A stretch of DNA of 60,078 nucleotides, counting the filler. It is 3 parts of 3 records of this genome, joined end to end, with 100 filler letters (N's around TTAATTAATTAA, not from the genome) between each part and the next. Parts side by side here need not be neighbours in the genome. Positions count along the whole stretch, not along the records: positions 1 to 24,321 come from DRR378314_1727; positions 24,422 to 46,459 come from DRR378314_1732; 1 more part is not named here. The stretch is one strand, 5' to 3'. Both the position numbers and the translations under genes were made by a program. This document shows positions 19,651-30,732 of this stretch, in pieces (position 1 is the stretch's first letter; every line of letters starts with the position of its first letter). Under the pieces are notes generated by a model. The model did not search any database and was not told the origin of the DNA. It saw nothing but the letters and a program-made list of their open reading frames with translations.

Positions 19651-19654
19651 CCTT

Positions 19655-21334
19655 ATGGCTACCTCTCAATCAGGTCAGGTAATACCCTTAACTTCACGCT
19701 CATGGTTGAAATCTCTTGCTCGGCGTGAACACAAAAAGCTCACACTAGCCGCAATAGGTGGCGTGCTTGCAGGGGGGCTTACGGTTTTACTAGTGGTGGG
19801 GCTTGCATGGTGCATTGATCAGCTTGTCATTCATGGTCGCTCACCGGCATCACTGACAGTTGTTTTCTTGGGGTTGGTGGCAGTGGTGCTGTGTCGCTCA
19901 CTACTTCAAGCATTGCAAGAAGCCAGTAGTGCAGAGGCAAGTCTTCGTATTCGCCAGCATGCGCGAGAGGCGTTGCTAAATAAGGTGGCGACGCTTGGGC
20001 CCGTTTGGCTTACTCGCCAACAGAGTGGGGCGATAGCGACTCAGGCGGTAGAGCATATTGACGCGTTAGACGGTTATTTCGCGCGTTTTTATCCTCAGAT
20101 GAGGATTGTCGTCGCATTACCGTTACTTATCCTTTGCATTGTTGGATGGCTGGACTACCTTGTGGCCATCTTTTTGTTGCTTTCTGCGCCACTTATCCCG
20201 CTTTTTATGGCGTTGGTAGGTATGGGCGCTGAGCGTTTGAATCGTGATCAATTCATGGCCGTGTCGCGTTTGTCGGCCCACTTTGTAGATCGAGTCAGAG
20301 GGATGACGACGCTCCAGCTGTTTGGCCATACCAAGTCAGCACAAAAAGATGTTTGGTATGCCACCGATGACTATCGACGACTAAGTATGCGCACGCTGCG
20401 TCTAGCGTTCCTATCATCCGCGGTGCTTGAGTTTTTTGCATCTGTGGCGATTGCGGTTGTGGCCATGTACGTCGGTTTTGGTCTACTTGGTTATATCGAC
20501 TATGGGCCTTCCTCCTCTCTAACCCTCTTCACTGGGCTAGCCGTTTTATTGCTGGCACCCGAGTTTTTTCAGCCTCTACGAACACTATCCCAGCACTATC
20601 ATGACCGCGCAGCAGCATTAGGGGCGGCTGAAAGTATCGTGGCAATACTGAACGAACCAGATCTGGTTCCTTCAGCCACATCAGTGCCTCGTTCGGAAAA
20701 TACCGTTATTGAGCTGCGCGGGGCGGGTGTCGGATATGAGGGGCGTGCCACGGTCTTGTCCGACCTGAACGCTACCATCCGACGTGGTGACGTGGTTGTT
20801 ATCACCGGTGAATCAGGTAGCGGTAAATCATCCATCCTAGCCTTAATGGCTGGTTTTATGATGCCTAGCAGCGGTGAGTGCCGCTATCGTCACAGTGGTC
20901 AGGTCGCGTGGCTGGATCAAACGCCTTGCATTATTCAGGGAACTCTTGCCGATAACCTGCGCTTAGCGGCTCCTGAGGCTGATCAGGTGTCAATGGTACG
21001 AGCACTGCAACGGGCAGGGCTGGGTGAGTTGTTATCCCAGCTACCAAATGGTCTGGAAAGCCTGGTAGGCGAGCGTGGTGTCGGGCTCTCCGGGGGACAA
21101 GCACAACGTCTTACGCTGGCGCGTGTCTACCTTAGCGAGGCGCAACTGGTTTTATTAGACGAACCGACGGCAAGCCTAGACGCTATCACTGAGAAGGCTG
21201 TCATTCAGGCACTACTAGATTGGGCAAAGGAAGGCCGTACGCTAGTTATTGCAACGCACCACCCTGCGCTGGTAGCCGTTGCTAATCGTCATTTTACCTG
21301 TGAAGCCGGTCAGCTTATTGAGGCGACGGTATGA
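19655..21334 (+). CDS. cydD: Thiol reductant ABC exporter subunit
   Basis: APLIPLFMALVG, TLRLAFLSSAVLEFF, LLAPEFFQPLR..YHDRA, GESGSGKS, LSGGQAQR. Confidence 0.95.
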   Translation: MATSQSGQVIPLTSRSWLKSLARREHKKLTLAAIGGVLAGGLTVLLVVGLAWCIDQLVIHGRSPASLTVVFLGLVAVVLCRSLLQALQEASSAEASLRIRQHAREALLNKVATLGPVWLTRQQSGAIATQAVEHIDALDGYFARFYPQMRIVVALPLLILCIVGWLDYLVAIFLLLSAPLIPLFMALVGMGAERLNRDQFMAVSRLSAHFVDRVRGMTTLQLFGHTKSAQKDVWYATDDYRRLSMRTLRLAFLSSAVLEFFASVAIAVVAMYVGFGLLGYIDYGPSSSLTLFTGLAVLLLAPEFFQPLRTLSQHYHDRAAALGAAESIVAILNEPDLVPSATSVPRSENTVIELRGAGVGYEGRATVLSDLNATIRRGDVVVITGESGSGKSSILALMAGFMMPSSGECRYRHSGQVAWLDQTPCIIQGTLADNLRLAAPEADQVSMVRALQRAGLGELLSQLPNGLESLVGERGVGLSGGQAQRLTLARVYLSEAQLVLLDEPTASLDAITEKAVIQALLDWAKEGRTLVIATHHPALVAVANRHFTCEAGQLIEATV

Positions 21335-23058
21335 AGCAGTTTTATCGCGATATGAAACCATGGCTGCTCATAATGCTGCGTCGTCGTCAGCGTTTCTTTA
21401 TGGGGGCATTATTAGCGTTGGTGACGCTCCTGGCAGGTCTTGCACTGTTAGGGCTTTCGGGTTGGTTTATTGCCGCGTGTGCGTTGGCTGGCATCGCGTT
21501 GGCAGCTGGATTGCCCGTTACTTTGGATATTTATGTTCCCGGTGGCGGTATTCGTTTTTTTGCACTGCTGCGAACGGTGGCACGTTACGCGGAGCGTCTT
21601 TATAACCACAATACCGTACTGACATTATTAGCTGATTTGCGCTACCGCGTATTTGGCGATTTAACCAGGTTGGATGAGGCAACGCTTAAGCGCCGCCGCG
21701 CGAGTGAATGGCTAAGTCGCTTAACGTCGGATATTGATACGCTTGACAACCTGTATCTGCGCTTGCTTATCCCTCCGTTAGTTGGGCTGTTAAGCATCCT
21801 GGTGGTATCTGGCTTTATCGCTATTTGGGTGCCAGTGTTGGGTGGTTTGATAGCCGCTGTGTTGAGCGTGCTATGGCTTGTAGTGACGCTTGGCTATGCG
21901 TGGTTGGGGTTTGGTAATAGCCACCAGCAAGTTAGCGACCAAGAAGAGTTACGCCGTCTAGTGCTTGATCAAGTACAAGCGTCGGCTGAGCTAATGAGTT
22001 ACCAAACTAATCCTTGGTACCGTACGCGGATTAATCAGCACGAAGACCAAGCGCTAAGTAATCAGCGTCAGCTTGCTTATAAGTCGGCCATTGGCAACGC
22101 GCTAGTATTAGCGGTGACCGGCGTATTGTTGGTGGGCGTATTATGGCTGGGCAGCTTCATTGTAGAGGCCGGCCACGTGGCGGGGCCTATCATTGTTATG
22201 GCGGTTATCGCTGTGCTGGGTATAAATGAAGTATTCACTACGTTGCCTAACGCCTTTCTAAAAGTCGGTGCTAGCTATGGCGCTGCTCGGCGATTAAATG
22301 CACTGAGCAGCATAATGACTGAGGCGCCGTCGTTGGCCTTGCCTGATGCTTCTCGCGGGCATCCAGTGGCGTTCAACAATGTTTTTTTTCGTTATCCCGA
22401 TACAGCCTATTCGGTGCTGTCTGAGACTACATTTACCTTGCCTGCCGGAGAGCGAGCAGTAGTGACGGGTATTTCAGGGGCGGGTAAGTCAACGTTGGCT
22501 AACCTTATTATGGGTAGAGTTTCGCCTTCAGAGGGGCAGGTTTACGTTGCCAGCTGTGCGCCTTCTAACGTTACTATGGAAAGCCGTGCCAAGCACTTTG
22601 CTTTGCTTACGCAGCAGGTTGATCTTTTTGATGGATCGTTAGCGGCGAATCTGCGTATCGCGAACCCTGAGGCAAGCGATGATCAACTGTGGGAAGCTCT
22701 CTCTCAAGTTGCCCTAAAGGATTGGGTAAAGCAGCAACCCAATCAGCTTATGACCCAAGTCGGCGAAATGGGGCAGCAGCTCTCAGGTGGGCAAGCGCGA
22801 AGAGTGGCATTGGCTCGTGTTTTTTTGCGGGATCCAGCAGTCGTGCTTTTAGACGAACCCTTTGCCGGTGTGGATGCCTTCACCGCTATGCATATTGCTA
22901 AATCTCTTGACCATTGGCTCACTGGACGAACAGCGATCTATTTTATTCACCAAGTAGAATGCCCGTCGTTGCTGCCTGGCGTTAACTACCACTGGCGACT
23001 TGCTGGGGGGAAGTTAAATACGGATACTCTTGATAATGTTGGAAATGATTTATCCTAA
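21331..23058 (+). CDS. cydC: Thiol reductant ABC exporter subunit
   Basis: LLGLSGWFI, PGGGIRFFA..RTVARYAERL..H, DIDTLDNLYLR, GISGAGKS, LSGGQARR; ATGA overlap with cydD. Confidence 0.95.
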   Translation: MKQFYRDMKPWLLIMLRRRQRFFMGALLALVTLLAGLALLGLSGWFIAACALAGIALAAGLPVTLDIYVPGGGIRFFALLRTVARYAERLYNHNTVLTLLADLRYRVFGDLTRLDEATLKRRRASEWLSRLTSDIDTLDNLYLRLLIPPLVGLLSILVVSGFIAIWVPVLGGLIAAVLSVLWLVVTLGYAWLGFGNSHQQVSDQEELRRLVLDQVQASAELMSYQTNPWYRTRINQHEDQALSNQRQLAYKSAIGNALVLAVTGVLLVGVLWLGSFIVEAGHVAGPIIVMAVIAVLGINEVFTTLPNAFLKVGASYGAARRLNALSSIMTEAPSLALPDASRGHPVAFNNVFFRYPDTAYSVLSETTFTLPAGERAVVTGISGAGKSTLANLIMGRVSPSEGQVYVASCAPSNVTMESRAKHFALLTQQVDLFDGSLAANLRIANPEASDDQLWEALSQVALKDWVKQQPNQLMTQVGEMGQQLSGGQARRVALARVFLRDPAVVLLDEPFAGVDAFTAMHIAKSLDHWLTGRTAIYFIHQVECPSLLPGVNYHWRLAGGKLNTDTLDNVGNDLS

Positions 23059-23073
23059 TGACAGGAGTTTCGT

Positions 23074-24066
23074 ATGCATGAATTTCTTCTTCAGCTCCCT
23101 AAGGTAGAGCTTCATTTGCATATCGAAGGCTCGCTAGAGCCTGAGTTAATGTTTGAACTTGCCAAGCGAAATGGTATTGAGCTTCCTTACGCTACGGTTA
23201 AAGAGGCAAAAGCGGCTTACGAGTTCGATGACCTACAGGGGTTCCTAAATCTTTATTATCAAGGCATGAACGTGCTGCGCACAGAGCAGGATTTTTATGA
23301 CTTGGCGATGGATTATTTCAAGCGTGCTCGTGGGGAAGGGGTGGTGCACATTGATATGCATTTTGACCCTCAGGCCCATCTCCAGCGTGGCATTCCTCTT
23401 GACGTTGTGATGGCGGGATTACTTCGTGCGAAAGAAGAGGCAGAGGCTACGCTTGATCTGTCTGTTGGCATGATTATGGCCTTTTTGCGCGATCGTCCGG
23501 CTGAAGAAGCGCTCAGCGTGCTTGAAAATGCTGCTCCGTACTGGAAGTTTCTGGATGCGATTGGTTTAGATAGCGCAGAGCGTGGTAACCCTCCGGCAAA
23601 ATTCCAGGCGCTCTTTGCGCGAGCAAAACAGCTTGGCTTGGTGCGTGTTGCCCATGCAGGAGAAGAAGGGCCTGCTGAATATATTGCTGAAGCACTGGAT
23701 CTTCTTGATGTTCAGCGAATTGACCATGGGGTTCGCTGCCTCGAAAGTGACACGGTGGTTAAGCGACTCAGAGAGCGTCAAATCGTACTAACGGTTTGCC
23801 CGCTGTCTAATGTCAGTTTGAAAGTGGTTGATGATCTTCGAGATCACCCTCTTCCCCAGTTGTTGAAAGAAAACCTCAAGGTGACGATTAGCTCAGACGA
23901 CCCGGCTTATTTTGGCGGTGGGTTGCTGACAAATCATGTTGCCTGTGCTGAAGCATTTGGCTGGGATGCGGAGGTGTTCCGCATGCTGAACCGTAATGCA
24001 ATTGAAGAAGCTTTTGTTGATGAGCCACGTCGCCAAGAGCTTTTGCAACGTCTTGAGTTGGTATGA
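23074..24066 (+). CDS. add: Adenosine deaminase-family protein (probably adenine deaminase)
   Basis: PKVELHLHIEGSLEPE, HAGEEG, RIDHG, TVCPLSN, SDDPAYFGG. Confidence 0.9.
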   Translation: MHEFLLQLPKVELHLHIEGSLEPELMFELAKRNGIELPYATVKEAKAAYEFDDLQGFLNLYYQGMNVLRTEQDFYDLAMDYFKRARGEGVVHIDMHFDPQAHLQRGIPLDVVMAGLLRAKEEAEATLDLSVGMIMAFLRDRPAEEALSVLENAAPYWKFLDAIGLDSAERGNPPAKFQALFARAKQLGLVRVAHAGEEGPAEYIAEALDLLDVQRIDHGVRCLESDTVVKRLRERQIVLTVCPLSNVSLKVVDDLRDHPLPQLLKENLKVTISSDDPAYFGGGLLTNHVACAEAFGWDAEVFRMLNRNAIEEAFVDEPRRQELLQRLELV

Positions 24067-24219
24067 AAGAACCTCCGACCTCGTGTTGATGGTGGCTTAT
24101 GTAAATCGCTTCCCATTTCACCGTCGGCCAGCATAGGGTTGGTTGCTACCCGTAATGACGTTCCTACTAGACAAACTGTCTTTTTAAGTAGTCGCCTATC
24201 TTCTTTCTAGGTGGCCATT

Positions 24220-24321
24220 AAATAAGATAAAAAAGTGTTGACGAATAAATAGAAATGAGTAGAATACGCCCCACATCGAACGGCAACGCCCTTCGGTAGC
24301 TCTTTAACAATTTGATCAGGT
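24220..24321 (+). promoter_or_regulatory. rRNA operon promoter and leader (contig ends before 16S)
   Basis: A-rich UP element, TTGACG (24238) - 16 bp - TAGAAT (24260), GC-rich discriminator, boxB-like hairpin, boxA GCTCTTTAACAA (24299-24310). Confidence 0.88.
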
Positions 24322-24421
24322 NNNNNNNNNNNNNNNNNNNNNNNNNNNNNNNNNNNNNNNNNNNNTTAATTAATTAANNNNNNNNNNNNNNNNNNNNNNN
24401 NNNNNNNNNNNNNNNNNNNNN
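24322..24421. other. Artificial contig linker
   Basis: N-run + TTAATTAATTAA (stops in all six frames) + N-run; base composition changes across it. Confidence 0.99.
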
Positions 24422-27056
24422 CAGGTGCTTCTTCAGTTACAGCAGGTGCTTGCTCAGCTGTTTCAACCTTTGCTAAATCTTCAGTTACAACAGCTTGCTC
24501 TACTTGCTTAGATGCATCAGTTGCTGTTTCTTCAGATTTTGCCTTAAGTTCAGCTTCATATTCTGCGGCCGCTTGATCCGCAACTGGAATAAAGGCAGGA
24601 GGCTGCGTACTTTGTGTTTCGCTGCCTTCTTCACCTTGTTCAGGACGACGACGACGTTGGCCTGCAGCACGAAGGTGGCGAGGTGAACGACGTGAACGAG
24701 TACGTGCCTGTCCTTGCTCTTCATCAGCTGATGCATCTTGTTCAGGAGCCATATTTTGTTCTGGCTCAGGTTTTGCTGCTTCAGGTGCTTTGTCCGCATT
24801 TGTATTTGCTTGTGTTTCCACTTGTTCAGTTGCAACAACAGGTTTAGCTTCTGGCTTTTCTTCAGTTGCTTTAACAGGTTGTTGAGCTGGTGCCTGTTCA
24901 GTCGTTGTTGACTCTACAGCTGCAGTGTCGTCATTTTGCACACGAACTTTCTTGCGAATGTTACGACGTTGACGACGCGCTTTTGGCTTTTGCTCAGTTT
25001 TTTCTACGTTAGTGTCTTTGTTTTCTACAGACTCTTTAACGTCAGTTGCTGGCTTTTTATCATCGTTACGATTTTCATTACGCTTACGAGAATTAGGGTT
25101 ACGACGGCGCTTGTTGCGGTTCTCGTTTCTATTCTCTTTTTGCTCGGTAGTTGTATTATCAACGTTAGCTGTTTCCTCAGAAGTGCGCTCATTTTGAGGT
25201 TTGTTGCGAGAGTTGTTATTACGGCGACGCTGGTTGTTACGACGGCGATTATCACCATCATTGTTACGATTACGGTTATTACGCGTGTTTGGTTTATTAG
25301 TTTGCTCTTTTTTCTCTGGCTCTTTCTTTTCAGTTGAGTCAGCAAATAAAGATTTAAACCAATTACCAATGCTAGCTAAAAGGCCAACCTGTGCAGTAGC
25401 TTGAGGGGCTGCGGCTTGTTGCTTAGGTGCTGGCTTTTCAGTTGCTTGAGGTGCTGGCGTTGAAGGCATAACAACACCTTTCAATCTTGGCTCTTCACGT
25501 ACTGCAACAGCGGGTGTTTTAGATGTTTCAAACACTTCTGGCTCAGGCGCTACAACTTGGTCGTAACTTACTGTTTCGAGTGTTTCATCTTTGCGCAAGC
25601 GCATAACTTCGTAGTGTGGTGTTTCCATGTGTTGATTTGGAATGATTACTACATCACAGCTATGACGTTTTTCGATACGGTGCACGCTACGGCGTTGTTC
25701 GTTTAGTAAGTAAGCAGCAACAGCAACAGGCACTTGTGCGTTTACTTGCGCTGTATTGTCTTTAATGGCTTCTTCTTCGATTAAACGGAGGATTGATAAC
25801 GCAATTGACTCGTTTGAACGAATAGTACCTTGACCACTACAACGAGGACATGGTCCTTGGCTTGCTTCACCTAATGAAGGGCGTAAGCGCTGACGCGACA
25901 TTTCAAGTAAGCCAAAGCGTGAAATTTTACCAATTTGTACACGGGCACGATCTGGGCGAACAGCGTCTTTTAAACGATTTTCTACTTCACGCTGATGGCG
26001 TGGAGGCGTCATATCGATAAAGTCGATAACAATCAGGCCACCTAAGTCGCGTAAGCGTAATTGGCGGGCAATTTCGTCTGCTGCTTCTAAGTTTGTGTTC
26101 AATGCTGTTTCTTCGATATCTCCGCCTTTAGTGGCTTTTGATGAGTTGATATCGATAGAGGTAAGTGCTTCTGTAGGGTCAATAACAATTGAACCACCAG
26201 AAGGCAAGCGGACTTCGCGTTGGAAAGCAGATTCGATTTGGCTTTCAATTTGGTAGTGTGTAAACAATGGCACTTCGCCAGAGTATAACTTTACACGGCT
26301 CATAAAGTCAGGGCGAAAACGCTCAATATGGGCTTTTGCCTCTTCAAATACACGCGGTTTATCAATTAAGATTTCACCAATGTCACGGCGTAAATAATCA
26401 CGAATAGCGCGGAAAATTACGTTACTTTCTTGGTGGATTAAAAACGGTGCTTTGCCGCTATTAGATGCTTGTTGAATCGCATCCCAGTGCACAAGGAGTG
26501 CTTTTAAATCGTAGTTTAGTTCTTCAAACGATTTACCAACACCTGCAGTACGCACGATTAAGCCCATGCCTTTAGGCAATTCTAAACGGCTCAATGCTTC
26601 TTTAAGTTCAGTACGCTCATCACCTTCAATACGACGTGAAATACCGCCAGCACGAGGGTTATTAGGCATAAGCACTAAATAGCTACCTGCTACGCTGATA
26701 AAAGTAGTCAGTGCTGCGCCTTTTTGGCCGCGTTCTTCTTTATCAACTTGTACAATAACTTCTTGACCTTCTTTTATTACGTCACGAATGTTCGGACGAC
26801 CTTGGAAGGTGTAACCTTGCGGGAAGTATGTACGAGCGATTTCTTTTAAAGGAAGGAAACCGTGACGTTCAGCGCCGTAATCAACAAAGGCTGCTTCTAA
26901 TGACGGTTCAATGCGTGTTATTTTGCCTTTATAAATATTGGCTTTTTTTTGTTCGTGACCCGGGCTTTCGATATCTAAATCATACAGGCGCTGGCCATCA
27001 ACCAGTGCTACGCGCATTTCTTCTTGCTGCGTCGCATTGATTAGCATACGTTTCAT
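24422..27056 (-). CDS. rne: Ribonuclease E (3' end truncated by the contig break)
   Basis: [38 protein letters not shown] zinc link, membrane helix [16 protein letters not shown]2 [10 protein letters not shown]. Confidence 0.98.
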
Positions 27057-27420
27057 ATTGTTACTCTACTGTGTTATGTCGCTGACATGACGAAAGTTTT
27101 CGCCTGTTCAGTTGCTCCTGTCGCTTCTTTTTATGCAGTCTCACGACTGGGTCTGTGGCGGAGCTTGGTGCTGTATTGTTTTACAAGTATATTTATGGTG
27201 CTGGCTGACAATAACGTGTTGTCACGTTATTAGATTCATAATGGCGACAAAACTAGCGGCTGTTTTACAGCATCGTATTCGAGTTCTGTGCAGAGTCGAC
27301 CATTTATTAAATTAACTTGTATATTTACAGCACATCTGCTGAACGGCGTTTTTACGCCGTCACGATCAGACAAATTATCTGTTCAAATTGCTTTTATTTC
27401 TGCAATTAAGGCTGTTCATG
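27057..27420 (-). promoter_or_regulatory. Long structured rne 5' UTR (autoregulatory leader; boundaries approximate)
   Basis: 614-bp rne-rluC intergenic region; hairpin CAGTC-GTGA-GACTG (27136-27149) and further stems such as ACGGCGT/ACGCCGT. Confidence 0.55.
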
Positions 27421-27670
27421 CTCAAACTTAACTTACGATATATTACGCGCACCGTCGTTAATTGAACGCACGTGTAAACTAGGTCTGTATAAAAGCTTTG
27501 GAAAACTTATCTCGGATCTGTATGATCAATTACCTAGAATGTGCATCACGAATATCTTAATGTGTTAAAAAGCACCGTTGTTATTGCAAATTAAATTTGC
27601 GACGGTGATTATCCCACTATTATAACCGTGTTAGCAACTAAATTATTTTACTTAAATCAGTGATTAGGCA

Positions 27671-28636
27671 ATGTCAGAAAAAACCGGCTTACAAGTATCT
27701 TTCGTCACGATTACCGAAGACCACCTAGGTCAACGGATTGATAACTTTCTTATTACCCATTTAAAAGGGGTGCCTAAAAGCGCTGTTTATAAAATTCTCC
27801 GTAAAGGTGAGGTGCGAGTTAACAAAAAGCGTATCAAACCTGTGTATAAACTTCAGCTTGATGATGTAGTACGTATACCTCCGATTAAAATTGCAGAGCG
27901 TCAAGACGACTTTGTGCCAAGCAAGCTTGAGAAAGTTAAACAATTAGAAGACGCTATTTTATTTGAAGACAAATACCTTATTGTGATCAACAAGCCTTCG
28001 GGTTTGGCTGTGCATGGTGGCAGTGGCTTAAGTTACGGTTTAATAGAAGCTTTGCGTTCATTACGTCCTGATGAGCGTAGCCTTGAACTTGTTCACCGAC
28101 TTGACCGTGACACTTCAGGTTGTTTATTAATCGCAAAACGCCGCTCTGTACTAACAGCTTTACATGAGCAATTGCGTGAAAAAACCATGGAAAAAAATTA
28201 TTGGGCACTTGTCGATGGCCAGTGGGAATCTAAAACCAAAAATGTGAAAGAGGGCTTACGCAAAAATACGTTACAGTCAGGCGAGCGTATTGTACGGGTA
28301 GATAATAGCGAAGAAGGCAAGCCTTCTCATACTCGCTTTAAAGTACTTGAACGTTTTGATGAATGTTCATTAGTACAAGCATCACCGGTAACAGGGCGTA
28401 CTCACCAAATTCGTGTTCATACCCAGTGCCAAGGTCATCCAATTGCTTGTGATGATAAATATGGCGATCAGGCATTTGATGCGGGTATGCGTAAAATCGG
28501 TTTAAACAGATTATTTTTACATGCCCATGATTTGAGTTTTTATCACCCTAAAAATGAAACAACCATGCGTGTTGAAGCGCCACTTGATAAAACGTTAACT
28601 AATTGCATAAAGACATTACGTGCAGCTAAATCGTGA
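27671..28636 (+). CDS. rluC: 23S rRNA pseudouridine synthase C
   Basis: S4 domain GQRIDNFL, NKPSGLAVHGGSG, HRLDRDTSG, TGRTHQIRVH; divergent from rne. Confidence 0.97.
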   Translation: MSEKTGLQVSFVTITEDHLGQRIDNFLITHLKGVPKSAVYKILRKGEVRVNKKRIKPVYKLQLDDVVRIPPIKIAERQDDFVPSKLEKVKQLEDAILFEDKYLIVINKPSGLAVHGGSGLSYGLIEALRSLRPDERSLELVHRLDRDTSGCLLIAKRRSVLTALHEQLREKTMEKNYWALVDGQWESKTKNVKEGLRKNTLQSGERIVRVDNSEEGKPSHTRFKVLERFDECSLVQASPVTGRTHQIRVHTQCQGHPIACDDKYGDQAFDAGMRKIGLNRLFLHAHDLSFYHPKNETTMRVEAPLDKTLTNCIKTLRAAKS

Positions 28637-29280
28637 AAAATTATAAGTTAGTGATATTTGATTGGGATGGCACCATCATGGATTCGGTGACTAAAATAGT
28701 TAATTGTATGCACGAATCTGCATTAAAGTGCGGCTTAGTTGCGCCAAGTGATGAGGCAATAAAAAATATTATTGGCTTATCACTTGAGCATGCCGTTGCG
28801 ACTTTATTCCCCGATAACGCCAATTTATACGCTGATTTGATTACACAATATAAGCATCAGTATAAACATGTTGATGCAACACCTACGCCTTTATTTGCCG
28901 ATGTAGCAAACACATTGAAAAGGTTGAGAGACAAAGGCGTTATTCTAGCGGTAGCAACAGGTAAAAGCCGAGTAGGGCTTGAGCGCTTATTGGATGAAAC
29001 AAAACTAGACCACCATTTTGCGGCCACGCGCACAAGTGATGATGCGCAATCTAAACCGTCACCAGAGATGTTGCTTCAGCTACTTAGTGAGCTTGATGTA
29101 AGTGCTGATGAAGCGCTGATGATTGGCGATACCAAAATTGATATGGCGATGGCCCAGGCTGCGCATATTGACCGCGTAGGTGTCACTATGGGTGTGCATA
29201 ATGAAGTGCAGCTAAATGAATTTGAGCCAATTGCTACGGTTGGCTCATATCAACAATTATCTGCGCTGTTACTCGATTAA
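28633..29280 (+). CDS. HAD-IA family hydrolase (phosphoglycolate phosphatase-like)
   Basis: FDWDGT, VATGK, SKPSPEML, MIGD. Confidence 0.9.
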   Translation: MKNYKLVIFDWDGTIMDSVTKIVNCMHESALKCGLVAPSDEAIKNIIGLSLEHAVATLFPDNANLYADLITQYKHQYKHVDATPTPLFADVANTLKRLRDKGVILAVATGKSRVGLERLLDETKLDHHFAATRTSDDAQSKPSPEMLLQLLSELDVSADEALMIGDTKIDMAMAQAAHIDRVGVTMGVHNEVQLNEFEPIATVGSYQQLSALLLD

Positions 29281-29873
29281 TTTGCCTGGTTGTCTAGTAC
29301 ATCTAAACCAAACTCAGCCAACAATTGGCTGAGTTTAATCAGTGGTAGCCCGATTAAACTATTTGGATCATCGCCGCTGAGTTTTTCAAATAAACATATA
29401 CCGAGTCCTTCGCTTTTAAAACTCCCTGCGCAGTTGTAAGGTTGCTCGGCATCACAGTAAGCACTTATTTGTGCCGATGTGAGTGTTCTGAATGTCACCT
29501 CGAAAGGTTCTACGATAGTTTGTAACGTATCTTTGCTTATATCGTAGACAGTTAAACCAGTTAAAAAGGTGACGGTGTTTGCACTAAATAAGCTCAATTG
29601 TTTAATGGCGTTTTCTTTATTGTGCGGTTTACCTAGGATTTGCCCGTTAAAAACCGCCACTTGGTCTGAGCCGATCACTAAGCCTTCGTTAAATCTCCCT
29701 TGTGCGGCACGTGCTTTTAAGACGCTTAAGCGCATTACTAATTGACGTGGTGATTCGTTGGGAATAGGTGTTTCGTCAACATCGGGGGAAAAACTGGCAA
29801 AAGGAAGATTAAATTTTTGCAATAAAGACTGACGAAAGGGTGAGCTTGAAGCTAAAATAAGTGAGTGGCGCAT
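29277..29873 (-). CDS. yceF: Maf-family nucleotide pyrophosphatase (YceF type)
   Basis: LILASSSPFR, IGSDQV, GKP, CAGSFKSEGLG, GLPLI. Confidence 0.92.
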   Translation of the reverse strand: MRHSLILASSSPFRQSLLQKFNLPFASFSPDVDETPIPNESPRQLVMRLSVLKARAAQGRFNEGLVIGSDQVAVFNGQILGKPHNKENAIKQLSLFSANTVTFLTGLTVYDISKDTLQTIVEPFEVTFRTLTSAQISAYCDAEQPYNCAGSFKSEGLGICLFEKLSGDDPNSLIGLPLIKLSQLLAEFGLDVLDNQAN

Positions 29874-29977
29874 GGATTATTTTCCTAATGAAAATCAGAT
29901 TGAGTTAGGATAAATCAGATCTGTTGGCAAAACAAAGAAATGAATCAGGAAAAACCAGTGTAAAATGGTTTTTTACT

Positions 29978-30015
29978 TTGACTAACCAAGTAACTATCTA
30001 TATGATGCAGCCCCT
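29978..30015 (+). promoter_or_regulatory. Sigma70 promoter of yceD-rpmF with a nearly leaderless start
   Basis: TTGACT-17 bp-TATGAT, then only GCAGCCCCT before the ATG; no SD. Confidence 0.7.
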
Positions 30016-30540
30016 ATGCAAAAGGTGAAAATTCCCATCACTCTTCATCCAGGCAAAGCAGCTCAGCACCGTTTAAGTTATGACGGTATTGTTCAGCTTG
30101 AAAAACTGACTCGTTTACGAGAAGTTATCCAGGAAGAAGTAGGTGAAATAGCGGTAAAAATTCATTGCAAAAACGATGAGCAAGGTTTTGTTGTGGTTCG
30201 CGGCAATTTGTCGACACACGTAACTGTAACTTGTCAACGTTGTAATGGTGATTTAGGGTTGGATTTGGATCAAGACTTTGTGTATTCGCCAGTCGGTTTG
30301 GATGCAGAGTCAGATGATCTTCCAGAAGACTACGATGAAGTAGCACTTGATGAAAATGGTGAAATAGACGTGTTTGATTTAATCGAAGACGAACTACTTT
30401 TAGCAGTTCCATTAGTGCCTACACACAACGAAGCTTCATGCAGTTATTCAGCAAAGCCTGCCAGCTTTGGTGTATTAAAGGCGGAAGATGATAAACCAAA
30501 TCCATTTGATATTTTGAAACAACTTAAGAAAGATTCTTAG
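30016..30540 (+). CDS. yceD: YceD/DUF177 23S rRNA accumulation protein
   Basis: CQRC, LIEDELLLAVP, KPNPF; upstream of rpmF. Confidence 0.93.
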   Translation: MQKVKIPITLHPGKAAQHRLSYDGIVQLEKLTRLREVIQEEVGEIAVKIHCKNDEQGFVVVRGNLSTHVTVTCQRCNGDLGLDLDQDFVYSPVGLDAESDDLPEDYDEVALDENGEIDVFDLIEDELLLAVPLVPTHNEASCSYSAKPASFGVLKAEDDKPNPFDILKQLKKDS

Positions 30541-30549
30541 GAGAAGACT

Positions 30550-30720
30550 ATGGCTGTACAAAAAAGCAAAAAGTCTCGTGCAAGACGCGGCATGCGCCGT
30601 TCACACGATGCGATCAGTGGTCCAACTTTAACTGTAGACCAAACATCTGGTGAGACTCATCGTCGTCACCACGTGACTGCAGATGGTTACTACAAAGGCG
30701 TTCAAGTAATTTCTAACTAA
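30550..30720 (+). CDS. rpmF: 50S ribosomal protein L32 (absent from the ORF track)
   Basis: [58 protein letters not shown]. Confidence 0.97.
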   Translation: MAVQKSKKSRARRGMRRSHDAISGPTLTVDQTSGETHRRHHVTADGYYKGVQVISN

Positions 30721-30732
30721 GAGATTGCTTAT

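Noticed and set aside
19514..19654. N-terminal extension of CydD in the ORF track
   Set aside because: Overlaps the cydA remnant in another frame; ATG 19655 is the more plausible start
24238..24321. rRNA or tRNA gene
   Set aside because: Only the promoter and antitermination leader are present; the contig ends before 16S
24366..24377. TTAATTAATTAA as a biological element
   Set aside because: Standard six-frame stop linker flanked by Ns and repeated identically at 46504-46515
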